A stretch of DNA of 64,000 nucleotides. Source: Candidatus Kapaibacterium sp. (GTDB taxonomy: Bacteria; Bacteroidota; Ignavibacteria; Kapaibacteriales; UBA2268). The stretch is from the NCBI GenBank assembly GCA_963665665.1, contig OY762428.1, positions 736,001 through 800,000 on the forward strand. The letters run 5' to 3'. Under the pieces are notes generated by a model, which saw only the letters and a list, made by a program, of their open reading frames with translations, was not told the DNA's origin and did not search any database. Each line of letters starts with the position of its first letter. The stretch's first letter is position 1. A program made the position numbers and the translations under genes. Positions 19,276 through 30,721 of this stretch are shown here, piece by piece.

Positions 19276-22020
19276 TTATTTTGCCTGATTTTTAAAATTT
19301 TCGAGTTTAATAATTATCGATTTGAAATCTTCAAGCTGACCTTTAATTTTCTGACGGTTAAAACTCTCAACAAATTTTGTAAGATCCTTAGAATATTTTA
19401 ATATGATACTATTATCAAATTCCGAACCAAGTTCTTTCAGCTCTGTTGCAAATTTTGAAATAGCACCAATCTTTAAGCCCTTGGCCAAAGAATCCGCCTG
19501 TGCCAGAAAATCATTTTCCAGCTTTGAAAGGATCATATCAATGTTCTCAAAACTTTTCCCCGAAATATTTGATTCGTCATAGATCTCGGAACCCGAACCG
19601 GGCATCTTTTCAGATTCTTTAATCTCGTGGCTGATAAATTTCCCAATTTCCTTAAGTAATACTTTTTTTGTTGTCGGCTTTTGTACATATCCGTCAAATC
19701 CTGTTTCTTCAATTTTTTTCTTATCCTGCTTCATCGCCGAAGCGGTTAGTGCTATTACAGGAATAGCGAAGGTTTTTTTGCCTGATTTTATATTTTCTGT
19801 TGCTTCAAATCCATCCATCACAGGCATTCTTAAATCCATAAGGATAATATCCGGGGTGTGTATTCTTGCCAGTTGCAGGCCTTCCTCGCCGTTAACAGCT
19901 TCTATCACTTTAAGATTTGTTTCATCAAGGTATTCTTGAATAAGTTGCCTGTTATGATCAATATCATCAACAAGAAGAACTGTTCCCGAATTAAAAATTA
20001 TTTGTAAATCATCATCAATTTCAGATAAAATATTTTCAGGGTCTTTGCTGGAAATTTTTACATTTGGAATAACAATCGAAAATATACTACCAACATTCGG
20101 CTCACTTTCAAGTTCAATCCGACCTTCCATCATTTCAGTCAGCCTTTTAGTGATAGCCAACCCAAGCCCTGTACCGCCAAATGCTTTTGAGCTTTGTCCG
20201 GGGCGTTGCCGGAATGATTCGAATATTATCTCCTTATCGTCCTTCGGAATACCAATACCCGTATCTTCAACAGCAAATGTTATGGTACAGGTTTTATCTG
20301 CTATATCACTAACCAGACATTTAATTGTAACCTTCCCCTGTTCAGTAAACTTCAGGGCATTCCCAACCAGGTTAATTAGTATCTGCCTTATTCTGATTTC
20401 ATCAAGTATAAGAGATTTGGGAGTATTTTTATCAACATCAATAAGAAGTTCAATATTCTTCTGTTCAAATTTGAACCTGAAAATAGTTCTAATTTCTTTT
20501 ACCAATTCATTAACATCAATCGGGCTGAATTCAAGCTCCATTCTGCCAGCTTCAATTTTGGAAAGGTCCAGGAGATCGTTTATCAGGGTCAGCAGATTGT
20601 TTCCGCTGCTCACAATAGCATCAAGATAATTTTGGTTTTTACTACCGGATATCCTTTTCCTAAGCAGCTCACTAAATCCAAGAATCGCATTCATAGGAGT
20701 TCTGATTTCATGCGACATATTAGCAAGGAACTCGCTCTTGAACTGATTCGCTTTTTCGGCAGATTCTTTTGCCTTAACCAGGTTTTCCCTGGATTCCTTC
20801 AGCATAATATTGGTGTGCCGAAGTTCCTCGTTTTTATCCTCAAGGAATTGTGTATGCTTCTTCTTTAATCTGTTTCTGTAAGAAATAAATGTAACTATTA
20901 CAATAATAACAAGAATACTGACACCAACTATGATATATAACATCATTTCCTGTTTGCCTTTTTCTATCTCCAGCTGCTGAGCTTTTTTTTCTGCTCGGAG
21001 CTTCTTATTTTCCTGTTCTTTTTTCTCCCTTAGTAATTGTTCAAGTTCTTTTTGTTTTGTCAGATTTTGAATTTCCTGTTCTTTTTTTTCCCTGAGCAAT
21101 TGTTCAAGCTTTTTTTGTTTTCTAAGTATTTGATTTTCCTGTTCTTTTTTCTCCCTGGATAATTGTTCAAGTTCTTTTTGTTTTGTCAGATTTTGAATTT
21201 CTTTTTCTTTTTCCAGGCTGTCAATTTTTTTCTTATTGATTCTTTTTTCCTCTTCTCTTTTATTTTCCTCCATCTTATTAATTGAATATTCTTTATGTTC
21301 AATATAAATACTCAGCCATCTGGCATTATTCAGGTTTTTCTTCAGAATATTCAGCAAATCAGTATAAAAAATACTTTGCTCATTATCAAGGCGTTTACGG
21401 GAATTCAGAATAATCTTGTTCAGAGTATTGCTTATACCTTCTTTATCTCCCTTTTCCTCATAAATTTTCAGAGCCTGTTCTAAGTATCCAAAAGCAGAGT
21501 TAAACCTGCTGGAACGACTGTTAATATCTGCCAGTATCAACTGCGATTTTAATATACCGTCCTTATCATTCAATATTTTATAATAATCCAGAGCTTTAAA
21601 AAAATTTACTTCTGCCCTGCCCATTTCCCTTTTCGAATTATATATCCTGCCGGCTTCGAAAAGAGACTTTGCAGCTCCGTTCCTGTCCCCGCAGAGAATG
21701 AAAATCGAATCAGCTTTGATAAACTCTTCTAAGGCTTCGTCAGGCCTGCTCATTGTCAGAAAATATTTTGCATTCAGATAAGTATATTCTGCTATTCCGG
21801 TACAGTATTCCAGTTCCAAGGCAAGTTCTTTTGCCTGGTTTAAATATAACTCGGTATTCTCACCCTCTTCATTTATTGATTGGGAAACAAGTTGAAGAAA
21901 TATATCTACTTTCGGCCTTCCCTCAATCTCTTCAAGAACTTTCAAAAGTTCATTTTCATCCGCCCGAAGTTCCGGTAACAGAATCAATACAAATAATAAT
22001 ATATATGCTACTGATCTCAA
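19276..22020 (-). CDS. Hybrid sensor histidine kinase (periplasmic TPR + coiled coil, TM, HisKA, HATPase, receiver)
   Basis: [36 protein letters not shown] and receiver [10 protein letters not shown] motifs. Confidence 0.93.
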   Translation of the reverse strand: MRSVAYILLFVLILLPELRADENELLKVLEEIEGRPKVDIFLQLVSQSINEEGENTELYLNQAKELALELEYCTGIAEYTYLNAKYFLTMSRPDEALEEFIKADSIFILCGDRNGAAKSLFEAGRIYNSKREMGRAEVNFFKALDYYKILNDKDGILKSQLILADINSRSSRFNSAFGYLEQALKIYEEKGDKEGISNTLNKIILNSRKRLDNEQSIFYTDLLNILKKNLNNARWLSIYIEHKEYSINKMEENKREEEKRINKKKIDSLEKEKEIQNLTKQKELEQLSREKKEQENQILRKQKKLEQLLREKKEQEIQNLTKQKELEQLLREKKEQENKKLRAEKKAQQLEIEKGKQEMMLYIIVGVSILVIIVIVTFISYRNRLKKKHTQFLEDKNEELRHTNIMLKESRENLVKAKESAEKANQFKSEFLANMSHEIRTPMNAILGFSELLRKRISGSKNQNYLDAIVSSGNNLLTLINDLLDLSKIEAGRMELEFSPIDVNELVKEIRTIFRFKFEQKNIELLIDVDKNTPKSLILDEIRIRQILINLVGNALKFTEQGKVTIKCLVSDIADKTCTITFAVEDTGIGIPKDDKEIIFESFRQRPGQSSKAFGGTGLGLAITKRLTEMMEGRIELESEPNVGSIFSIVIPNVKISSKDPENILSEIDDDLQIIFNSGTVLLVDDIDHNRQLIQEYLDETNLKVIEAVNGEEGLQLARIHTPDIILMDLRMPVMDGFEATENIKSGKKTFAIPVIALTASAMKQDKKKIEETGFDGYVQKPTTKKVLLKEIGKFISHEIKESEKMPGSGSEIYDESNISGKSFENIDMILSKLENDFLAQADSLAKGLKIGAISKFATELKELGSEFDNSIILKYSKDLTKFVESFNRQKIKGQLEDFKSIIIKLENFKNQAK
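21009..21205 (-). repeat. About three in-frame 63-bp (21-aa) tandem repeats in the kinase coiled coil
   Basis: AATTGTTCAAG recurs at 21035, 21098 and 21161. The protein unit is [21 protein letters not shown]. Confidence 0.85.
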
Positions 22021-22021
22021 T

Positions 22022-23182
22022 TTAGGACCATATTTTCAATATTGTAAAATCATCATCTAAGTTTTCCTTACCACCAATTTTAATTAGCAGATCATATAAC
22101 GATTTCAGATTGTTCTCGTTTTGGGCATTGTAGTCTTCCAGCCATTTTTTAAGTTCATCAATACCCCATAGCTTGTTATCAGAAATTTCAACTTCGAAAG
22201 CACCGTCAGAAAATATATACAGGCTGAAATTCTCAGACAGTTCGATATTGTCGGACTTAAACTTGTGCCCTCGAATACCTCCGATAAGAGGGTTGGCTGT
22301 TGATAATTCAATCTTTTCACCTGAATTGAATAAAATGGCAGGATGATGGCCACCCGATGCATATACAAGTTTATTGGTTTTCTGGTTTATTACTCCGTAC
22401 CAGATTGTAAAAAACAAAAAATTATTCCTGCTGATGTCATAAACATTATTCAAAGCGGTCAGAACCTGGTCGGGGTTCTTAAAATCAACATCGGGCAATG
22501 TTTGAAATTTTATGGTATTTAACACAGACACCGAATGTAGTGCCGGCCCGATACCATGTCCGGAAACATCAATAAGATATATGGCCAGGTGGTTCTCATC
22601 AATATTATGATATCCGAAAGTATCCCCGGAAAGCTGGCCCGATGGCACAAAATGCCAGTCTGCATTTAATCCCTTTGTGCGCAACCCCTCTGGAAATAAG
22701 GAACGAACATGCTGTGAAGCAACCAGGAGGTCTTCTTCAAGCTTAGCATAAGCTTTATCAAGTTCCTTAGATTTTTTTAAAATTACCTCGCGGGAGAATT
22801 TTAATTCCAAATGAGTGTGTATCCTGGCCATGAGTTCTTCTTTTTGGAAAGGTTTGGTGATATAATCAACCCCTCCGATCGTCAGGCCCTCTACAATATC
22901 TTCCGTTTCCGTTTTTGCTGTAAGGAAAATCACCGGTATATTCTTTGTTCTGTCATCTTTTTTCAATTCCTCGCAAACTTCAAAGCCATTCATCTTTGGC
23001 ATCATTATATCCAGAAGAATTAAATCGGGAAGTTCTTCTGTTTTCAGAATATCCAGGGCTTCCCGTCCATTGTTGGCCATTGAAACTTCAAAACCTTCGT
23101 CGATCAGGTTGTTACCAAGAACCTGTAAATTTTCCAGAAGATCATCTACTATAAATATATATGGCTGCTTATTCTCAATCAT
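22022..23182 (-). CDS. Response regulator receiver + PP2C/SpoIIE phosphatase
   Basis: Receiver [10 protein letters not shown]; SpoIIE motifs LSGD, IDVSGHG, FSDG and DDFT. Confidence 0.93.
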   Translation of the reverse strand: MIENKQPYIFIVDDLLENLQVLGNNLIDEGFEVSMANNGREALDILKTEELPDLILLDIMMPKMNGFEVCEELKKDDRTKNIPVIFLTAKTETEDIVEGLTIGGVDYITKPFQKEELMARIHTHLELKFSREVILKKSKELDKAYAKLEEDLLVASQHVRSLFPEGLRTKGLNADWHFVPSGQLSGDTFGYHNIDENHLAIYLIDVSGHGIGPALHSVSVLNTIKFQTLPDVDFKNPDQVLTALNNVYDISRNNFLFFTIWYGVINQKTNKLVYASGGHHPAILFNSGEKIELSTANPLIGGIRGHKFKSDNIELSENFSLYIFSDGAFEVEISDNKLWGIDELKKWLEDYNAQNENNLKSLYDLLIKIGGKENLDDDFTILKIWS

Positions 23183-23419
23183 TTTTGTTTAAATCTATTC
23201 GTAAAACTAAAGAATATAAGTTAGCAAAAACTACATCTCTTGCCAATTATTTTTATTAAAAAATCAAAAGAATTAGTCATTTTTTAATCTATATTGATAA
23301 ATAATGTTTTTGATATAAAATTTTATTAAGTATTTTACTTTTATAATTGTTTTTATTTGAAAAAAAAATAACAAACAATTCTGCGATTTTTACGTTAATA
23401 GATTTATCAGTGAATAAAT

Positions 23420-25669
23420 TTGGGTAATATGATCGACAAACTAAAAAATTTCAGAGATGATATTGCAATGGATTTCAGAAAATCTCTTGCTAAACTGACC
23501 ATTTTATTCATTTTTATGAATTCCATATATATTCTTATGGATATTTATTTGCTTGAGCATAATCTGAAAACAATAATTATCATTAGAATATTTACCAACC
23601 TGATCATTTTCGGGCTTTATATTTTATCAAAAGTAAACAGTAAAGTCTTCAATGATTTATACCCCCACTTATATCCATTGACAGGTACATTTTTAACAGG
23701 ATTAATAACATATTTTTCACTATCCACCCACGAATATTTCACGGAATATTTTCTTGGAACTATTATTGTGTTCTTTGTATTAGCCCTGTTTATTCCATTA
23801 ACGAGGCCGCAAAGTATTCAAGCATTTTTAATAAATTATTTTGCTTTTGTAATCGCTGTTATGGCCTATTTTTATCCGCATATCAACAACGAATATTTGC
23901 TGACAATGGCATATCTTGCTTTCTTTGGCTTAACTGCATTTTTTGCATCCCAACTTCTTTATCAATACAGAATTAATGATTATCAAAGAAGAATAAAAAT
24001 GACGGAGCAAAATGAAGAGATCAAGGCAAAAAACAAACAAATAAACGAGTCCTTGAAACAATTGAAAGAAAAGGAAACCTTCCTGAATACGGTTATTGAA
24101 AATATTCCGACTCTAATATATGTTAAGGATGCAGATAATTTAAGGTATATACGTTTTAATAAAGCCGGTGAAGAATTACTTGGAATGTCCAGGTATGATA
24201 TTATCGGATCAAATGATTATGAAATATTCGATCATAACTTTGCTGATTTTCATCATAGCATTGATAAAGCTGTTCTGAAAAATCAATCACTTATAAATGT
24301 TCCCGAAGAAGTTATAAACACCAAAAGAGGTGAAACAAAATATATTCATACAATGAAATTACCAATTTCGGACGGCCACGGTATTCCAAAATTTATACTC
24401 GGAATATCTGTTGACATTACTGAACAAAAGCAATACGAACACGCACTACAGGAAAGCGAAGAAAAATATAAAAGCCTGATAAACAATGCTCTTGAAGGCA
24501 TTATTGTTATCCAGAGGGAACGAATTGTATTCCATAACCCTGTTACTGAATCGATTCTTGGCTTCAGCAGCCGCTATCTGATGGGATTCAAGTTTTATTT
24601 GAACGTTCATGCCGATGACATCAGCAGGGTCCGAAAAATTGTCAGGGAAAAAATGCAAGGAGAAAAATCAGAAGAGAACTTCATTTTCAGAATTCATACT
24701 AAATCCGGTAAAACAAGATGGATTGAAGCGAAATCAGTGCTGATTGAATGGAGTGGCAAACCTGCTATACTTTCTCTTTTCAATGATATCACCGAAAGAA
24801 AAAGTTCCGAGGAAGAAATTGCGATGCTCGTTGAAAAACTTAAAAACCAGAAGGAAACTCTTGAGGATGTTGCTAAAGAAATGCTCGACCTGAATAAAAA
24901 GCTCAGGCGGTCAGAAAAACAGTTGAAAGCTATTAATGCTGATAAAGATAAATTCTTCTCGATTATTGCTCACGATTTAAAAAATCCGATTGGCTCCTTT
25001 TTAACCGGAACAGAGCTGATGGTAGACAAGTTCAGCATGATGGAGCCACAAAGGCAAAAAAAATTCATGCTATCCATGAAGGACTCTGCAAGAAATCTGT
25101 ACAGCCTTCTGGAAAACCTGCTGGCATGGTCACGCAGCCAAAGAGGAATGATTGCATTTACACCTGTTGAATATAATTTTACAGTAACTGTAAACAGGAT
25201 TTTTTCGCTGGTAAACCAATTAGCTGCAAACAAGAATATTTCTCTGGAGTCCAATATTAAAGAAAACACCATGCTGGTAGCTGATAAAGATATGATATTT
25301 ACTGTTCTTAGAAATTTAGTTACCAACTCGATTAAATTTACCCCTGTTGGTGGAAAAATAGAGTTAAATATCGAGCAGGCAAATGGAATGTCGACCATAA
25401 CTGTAGCAGACAATGGTGTTGGTATATCAGAAGAAAACAAGACAAAACTTTTTAAAATTGACGAATCAATTAAATCAAAGGGAACCGCAAACGAAACGGG
25501 TACCGGATTAGGATTGATACTCTGTAAAGAATTCATCGAAAAGCATAATGGAAATATTTGGGTTGACAGCAAAATCAACCAGGGATCTGTTTTCACGGTT
25601 CAGATACCAAAGATCCAACCCGTCAAACTCAATGAAAAAGAAGAACCCAGCGTGAAAATCTGGAAATGA
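23420..25669 (+). CDS. Membrane-bound PAS-domain sensor histidine kinase
   Basis: About six N-terminal TM segments, two PAS domains, SIIAHDLKNP, NLVTNSIKFT and GTGLGL. The start may be ATG 23429. Confidence 0.92.
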   Translation: MGNMIDKLKNFRDDIAMDFRKSLAKLTILFIFMNSIYILMDIYLLEHNLKTIIIIRIFTNLIIFGLYILSKVNSKVFNDLYPHLYPLTGTFLTGLITYFSLSTHEYFTEYFLGTIIVFFVLALFIPLTRPQSIQAFLINYFAFVIAVMAYFYPHINNEYLLTMAYLAFFGLTAFFASQLLYQYRINDYQRRIKMTEQNEEIKAKNKQINESLKQLKEKETFLNTVIENIPTLIYVKDADNLRYIRFNKAGEELLGMSRYDIIGSNDYEIFDHNFADFHHSIDKAVLKNQSLINVPEEVINTKRGETKYIHTMKLPISDGHGIPKFILGISVDITEQKQYEHALQESEEKYKSLINNALEGIIVIQRERIVFHNPVTESILGFSSRYLMGFKFYLNVHADDISRVRKIVREKMQGEKSEENFIFRIHTKSGKTRWIEAKSVLIEWSGKPAILSLFNDITERKSSEEEIAMLVEKLKNQKETLEDVAKEMLDLNKKLRRSEKQLKAINADKDKFFSIIAHDLKNPIGSFLTGTELMVDKFSMMEPQRQKKFMLSMKDSARNLYSLLENLLAWSRSQRGMIAFTPVEYNFTVTVNRIFSLVNQLAANKNISLESNIKENTMLVADKDMIFTVLRNLVTNSIKFTPVGGKIELNIEQANGMSTITVADNGVGISEENKTKLFKIDESIKSKGTANETGTGLGLILCKEFIEKHNGNIWVDSKINQGSVFTVQIPKIQPVKLNEKEEPSVKIWK

Positions 25670-26893
25670 TCAATATTTATATTTATTAAGACGGAATTTG
25701 AATGTAGACCCAATACCGGATTCTGATTCAACTTCAATTTCGTGGCCGTGTTTTTTCAGGTATTCGTAGCACAAAATCAACCCAAGGCCGGAACCTTTTT
25801 CTCCTGATTTGCCTATTGAATTGGGGTTTATTTCAATTTTAAATAATTTTTCAATATCTTCCTTACTTATACCTATTCCGGTATCTTTAATTTCGAAAAC
25901 AAAATGGGTATCTGATTCAGTTAATTTAATATCAATTTTTCCGTGTTCAATATTAAAATTAATGGCATTTGAAATTAGATTTCTTAAAACATTGTTTATT
26001 TGAATTTTATCGAAATAAGCATTAGCCTGCTCCGGTAAATTTGTATTTATTGTAATATTCTTTTTCTCAGCAGCAAATCTCATCAATTTGATATTTTTAT
26101 CGATAATTGGCAGCAAATCATTAATCATCATTTCTAATTCTATTGAATCAGACTGGATTTTTGACCATTGCAGCAAATTTTCGAGCAGTTCAAAAACTTT
26201 ACCGGCCGATATATCCATATTAATAACCATGTTCTTTACTTCTTCGGCTGATAGTTTGTCGTAATACAATGTTAATAATTCAATAAGGCTTTTCAATCCT
26301 GAAAGAGGGCTTCTAAGCCCATGAGCAATTATTGACAGGAAATGGTCCTTATCTTCGTTTGATTTTTTTAATTTCAATTCTGATTCGGCTAATTTTTCGT
26401 TAAGTGATATTATTCGTCGCGAATCATTAACTATCTTTTCCTGAAATCTGGTCAGGTTTTCGTTCTGCTCCTTAATCTGATCTCTTGAAAATTTCAATTC
26501 AAGGTGGGTAAATATTCTTGCAATTAATTCTTCTGTTTCAAATGGTTTGGTAATATAATCCACTCCTCCCGATTTAAAGCCTTCAACAATATCTTCAGTA
26601 TCAGACCTGGCAGTAATGAATATAATCGGAATATCAGATAATCCGGGGGTTTCCTTCACAACTCTGGCACATTCAAATCCATTCATTTCAGGCATATTAA
26701 TATCCAGCAGGATAAGATCGGGGTGTATAGCTTCGGCAGATTTAATTGCTTGAAATCCATCCAAAGCAAACGCAAATTTAAGATGATTGTCGCGAATAAC
26801 ATTTCCCAATACCTGCAGATTCTCCGGAATATCATCTACAATTAATATTTGCACATTTTTCAAAAATTCCTCGAAGTCTTTAATCTTCTTCAT
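25670..26893 (-). CDS. Receiver-histidine kinase hybrid
   Basis: Receiver DLILLDINMP, H-box AHGLRSP, NLISNA, DTGIG and GSGLGL. Start reassigned to MKKIKD at 26893. Confidence 0.9.
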   Translation of the reverse strand: MKKIKDFEEFLKNVQILIVDDIPENLQVLGNVIRDNHLKFAFALDGFQAIKSAEAIHPDLILLDINMPEMNGFECARVVKETPGLSDIPIIFITARSDTEDIVEGFKSGGVDYITKPFETEELIARIFTHLELKFSRDQIKEQNENLTRFQEKIVNDSRRIISLNEKLAESELKLKKSNEDKDHFLSIIAHGLRSPLSGLKSLIELLTLYYDKLSAEEVKNMVINMDISAGKVFELLENLLQWSKIQSDSIELEMMINDLLPIIDKNIKLMRFAAEKKNITINTNLPEQANAYFDKIQINNVLRNLISNAINFNIEHGKIDIKLTESDTHFVFEIKDTGIGISKEDIEKLFKIEINPNSIGKSGEKGSGLGLILCYEYLKKHGHEIEVESESGIGSTFKFRLNKYKY

Positions 26894-29800
26894 ATTTATT
26901 TTCCGTGTTGGTTGATTGAAACAAAGCATTGAACTCGCCAAGGAGGGTTAAAATGCTTGAGATATTAATTGTATCAGTATAATTTATCAATTGCCCTGCA
27001 AAAAACTTAAGGTCCGTATTCATATTTTTATCAGCAATACCGGTTAACTCATCAGCAAAAGCCCGAATATCATCGATTACGAGTGTTGTCATAATTTGTT
27101 TGATCTTTTGCCTGTATTTTTCTTTCAGTATCTTCATTAATGATTCATCCGCCCTTACAGAATCAAACATTTTACCTCTGTCATCTCCATTATGTGAAAA
27201 TCCCCCGGCAGATAATTCGGAATATTCCAGATATTTTGCTAATTCACTCAAAATATCATCCTTAACAACCGGTTTAGATATAAATCCCTGGCACATATTC
27301 TTTATCTCTTCCACATCATCATCAAGAGAAAAAGCTGTTAAAGCTATTACCGGAATATCGCGGGTTTTGGGGTTTTCCCTTATTTTTTTCGTAGCTTCGG
27401 TACCATTCATTAACGGCATATTTATATCCATCATAATCAATTTCGGATTTTCGTCTCTGGCTTTTTCAACGGCTTCAAGCCCGTTCAAAGCTGTTATCAG
27501 ATTCAAATTATAGAGAGACAAAAACTCAGTCATTATTTTAAGATTCGATTCAATGTCTTCAGCTATAAGAATTTTTTGTCCTTTGAACATAATTTCAGAG
27601 AAATCCATTTCCGGATTTTCCGATTTTTCTAATAGCTTTTTATCAGGGCTCTCGATATTGAACAGCGTTATTGTAAATTTTGATCCATAGCCTAATTTGC
27701 TTTCTACTTTTATATCCCCGCCCATTATGTCAAGCAGCCTTTTGGTTACTGTCAGTCCAAGCCCGGATCCTTCAGGTTTATTTCTCTCGTTGCTTTCTAT
27801 CTGCCTGAAAGCTTCGAAAATATTATCTATTTGTTTCTCTGAAATTCCTTTTCCCGTATCGGTTATTAATATTTTAAAATCAAACAGCCTGGTATTTACT
27901 GATTTCTCTGCTAATATTTCAACAGTTATTCCGCCTGATTGTGTAAATTTAACAGCATTACCAATAATATTGAATAATACCTGCCTAACTCTTTTCTCGT
28001 CAATTAGCAGATAATCCGGGAGACTATCAGAAAACACAACATTGAAGTATAATTTTCTGGCGCTAATTTTAACAGAGAATACTGATTTAAGTTCATCAAT
28101 AAGTTTCCGAATATTCACACTGGAATTAGATACGGAAATTTTTCCTGATTCAATTTTTGAAAGGTCCAATATATCATTAATAAGGGTAAGAAGTTGCTTA
28201 CTGCTTTTATTAATACCGCTGGCATAATCCAGTAGCAGGCTGTCCTTGAGTTTTGCTGCAATAAGTTCCGAGAATCCGATTATTGCATTCATAGGAGTTC
28301 TGATTTCGTGGCTCATGTTAGCAAGGAAAACACTTTTTGCCCTATTAGCTTGTTCAGCTTTTTCCTTTGCTTTCAAAATTCTTCTTTCGTAATCTTTTCT
28401 GAAAATCGCTCCGGCAATAATTTCGCCGCCAATTTTTAAAAGTTGAATTTTTCTGTCTGTCCAGATATTTTGCTTTCTTACACTGTCGAACCCAATATAA
28501 CCAAGTAAAACGTTTTCATAATATAAAGGAATAACCAGCAGGCTTTTAATATCCTGATACTCCAGAACTTCTTTTTCGAAGGGAGCAATATCTTGCAACT
28601 CTTCCAGATCGTAAATATAAATATATTCTTTCCTGATCATTTTTCCCATCCACCAGGGATATTCAATTGTTGGTATATTCTGAAGATCATCAATAAATGA
28701 CTCTATTCCTTCAGAACACCACTCATAAGAATTATTCATTAACGAAAGATCAGTATTGAAAGAAAAGATATAGCATCTGTCAACTTTAGAATATTTGCCG
28801 AGCATTTCAAGAGAAAGAGTTATCGACTTATCGAGAATATCAGTCGGTGACTGTGCAAGCATCGAGGAAATTTCGGTTATAAGGTTATTCAACCTGCTTA
28901 ATTGATCAAGCTCAATTTCAATTTTTTTTCTTGAAGTTATATCGGTAATAGTACCGGTAGTTCCGATAACATTGCCTTCTTCAGAAAAAATTGCCTTAGC
29001 GTTTAGATCAGCATATTTTATACTTCCGTCATTAGCTTTAAAAGAAATTTCAATAAAACAACTTTCTTCTTTGGTATTGATAATTGACATCAGGCCTTCT
29101 TTCAGCAAATCCCTGTATTCATTATCCACTATTTCCCATATTTCAATTCCAATACTATCTTCAATCCTATGCCCGGATAATTCCGTCCATGCAGGATTAA
29201 GAAATGTACAAAGGCCTGTTATATTAGTAGTAAACAACACCTCTTTAATATTATTTACTACCGAACGATACTTTTCTTCAGATTTTTGGAGAGCTTCTTC
29301 GAATAATTTCCTGGATGTAATATCTGTCAGTATCGACATGTGGCGGCTGTCTTCTTCTTTTTCCCCCGGTATTGGAGTTCCGATTACGGAAAAAGTTTTC
29401 ATTTCACCTTTTGCTGTTTTAAAATCAATTTCATAAGGCGGAATATCGTCTCCTTCCCATCTTCTTCGGAAATTCTCGATCATTTTGCCCCTGTCCACTT
29501 CATTAACAAAATCAATATCAGTGAAACTTTTTCCAATCCACAAATCTAAAGAATATCCAAGGTTCTGCTGGATTTGGCGGTTCGCTTCAAGTAATTTACC
29601 CTGCCTGTCAAAAATTAATATTCCTGCCGGAGACAGCTCAAAAATCCTCCTGTATTTTTCTTCTGAACGTTGAATCAATATTTCAGATTTCTTTTTATCG
29701 GTAATATCTTTAACTATACCGTAGATAAAAGATTTATTTCCAATATCAATAGCGGTTAAAGAAATATCACACCAAAACTCATCCCCTTCAGAGTCCTTAT

Positions 29801-30470
29801 GCACCCATTCGAATCTTGTTGAGCCATTTTTCAGGCTGGCAATGATTTTTTTATAAAACATCTCTTCTGAGACACTGCCGTCAGGTTGTTTGTAAGGGGA
29901 AAAGAACCCGGATTTTCTATTTAGAAAATCTTCTTTTTCATTCAGCCGGAATTTTCTCAGTGCAGTATTATTACAATCCACAAACTTATTATTATGAATG
30001 ATATAGAATATTTCATCAGATTCATAAAACAGTTTTCTGAATTTTTCCTCACTTTCTCTTAAAGCTCTTTCTATTGATAGCTTCTCATTAATATCTTTGG
30101 AAATGGCATAAAATATTTTCCTGTCAGATTTGAAAGCTGAAGTCAATTTGGTTTCAGCCGGGTATGGTTCCCCGTCAGATTTGAATAGTGGAAGTGTAAG
30201 TATAATATGCGAATCATCACCAATATTTTTAATATATGAGTATATGAAGTTCCGGTCGGAACGGGAAAAAAGCTCGGAAAAATGTTTTCCTGCCAAATCG
30301 TCGGAGCTATACCCGAGTTTATCTGTGGTAAAATCATTGATTTTTAATATGATTCCGTTTTCATCAAGAATAAACAGACAATCATTCATTAAGTTTGTCA
30401 ATTTAATAAAATTATTTTCACACTCGGGGTTGAATAAAGTTTGAAGCCTGTGTTTGGGATTTGTTGCCAT
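26880..30470 (-). CDS. Cytoplasmic multi-PAS/GAF hybrid histidine kinase with receiver
   Basis: Four PAS/PAC repeats (ending ..DIT/DIN), GAF (GYIGFD), [18 protein letters not shown] and receiver IMMDINMP. Confidence 0.93.
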   Translation of the reverse strand: MATNPKHRLQTLFNPECENNFIKLTNLMNDCLFILDENGIILKINDFTTDKLGYSSDDLAGKHFSELFSRSDRNFIYSYIKNIGDDSHIILTLPLFKSDGEPYPAETKLTSAFKSDRKIFYAISKDINEKLSIERALRESEEKFRKLFYESDEIFYIIHNNKFVDCNNTALRKFRLNEKEDFLNRKSGFFSPYKQPDGSVSEEMFYKKIIASLKNGSTRFEWVHKDSEGDEFWCDISLTAIDIGNKSFIYGIVKDITDKKKSEILIQRSEEKYRRIFELSPAGILIFDRQGKLLEANRQIQQNLGYSLDLWIGKSFTDIDFVNEVDRGKMIENFRRRWEGDDIPPYEIDFKTAKGEMKTFSVIGTPIPGEKEEDSRHMSILTDITSRKLFEEALQKSEEKYRSVVNNIKEVLFTTNITGLCTFLNPAWTELSGHRIEDSIGIEIWEIVDNEYRDLLKEGLMSIINTKEESCFIEISFKANDGSIKYADLNAKAIFSEEGNVIGTTGTITDITSRKKIEIELDQLSRLNNLITEISSMLAQSPTDILDKSITLSLEMLGKYSKVDRCYIFSFNTDLSLMNNSYEWCSEGIESFIDDLQNIPTIEYPWWMGKMIRKEYIYIYDLEELQDIAPFEKEVLEYQDIKSLLVIPLYYENVLLGYIGFDSVRKQNIWTDRKIQLLKIGGEIIAGAIFRKDYERRILKAKEKAEQANRAKSVFLANMSHEIRTPMNAIIGFSELIAAKLKDSLLLDYASGINKSSKQLLTLINDILDLSKIESGKISVSNSSVNIRKLIDELKSVFSVKISARKLYFNVVFSDSLPDYLLIDEKRVRQVLFNIIGNAVKFTQSGGITVEILAEKSVNTRLFDFKILITDTGKGISEKQIDNIFEAFRQIESNERNKPEGSGLGLTVTKRLLDIMGGDIKVESKLGYGSKFTITLFNIESPDKKLLEKSENPEMDFSEIMFKGQKILIAEDIESNLKIMTEFLSLYNLNLITALNGLEAVEKARDENPKLIMMDINMPLMNGTEATKKIRENPKTRDIPVIALTAFSLDDDVEEIKNMCQGFISKPVVKDDILSELAKYLEYSELSAGGFSHNGDDRGKMFDSVRADESLMKILKEKYRQKIKQIMTTLVIDDIRAFADELTGIADKNMNTDLKFFAGQLINYTDTINISSILTLLGEFNALFQSTNTENKYEED

Positions 30471-30721
30471 TTTTGCTCATTAAAGTTATTTCTCTTCTTT
30501 AATAAGCTAATAAATAATAATATTTTATCAAAGAATTATCTTATATTTATTGCAATTTCTGGCAACTTTGAACGCTTCAGGGATTATCACTTTGCAAACA
30601 GAGTACTTTATGAGTTTTTGGAGAAAATATTATTGAACCAATAATTTAGTGAAGTATTTCGAAATTATTCGTACATTCAGATAATATTTTTAAGGACGGT
30701 TTAAAATTCCAAAGGCAGATT

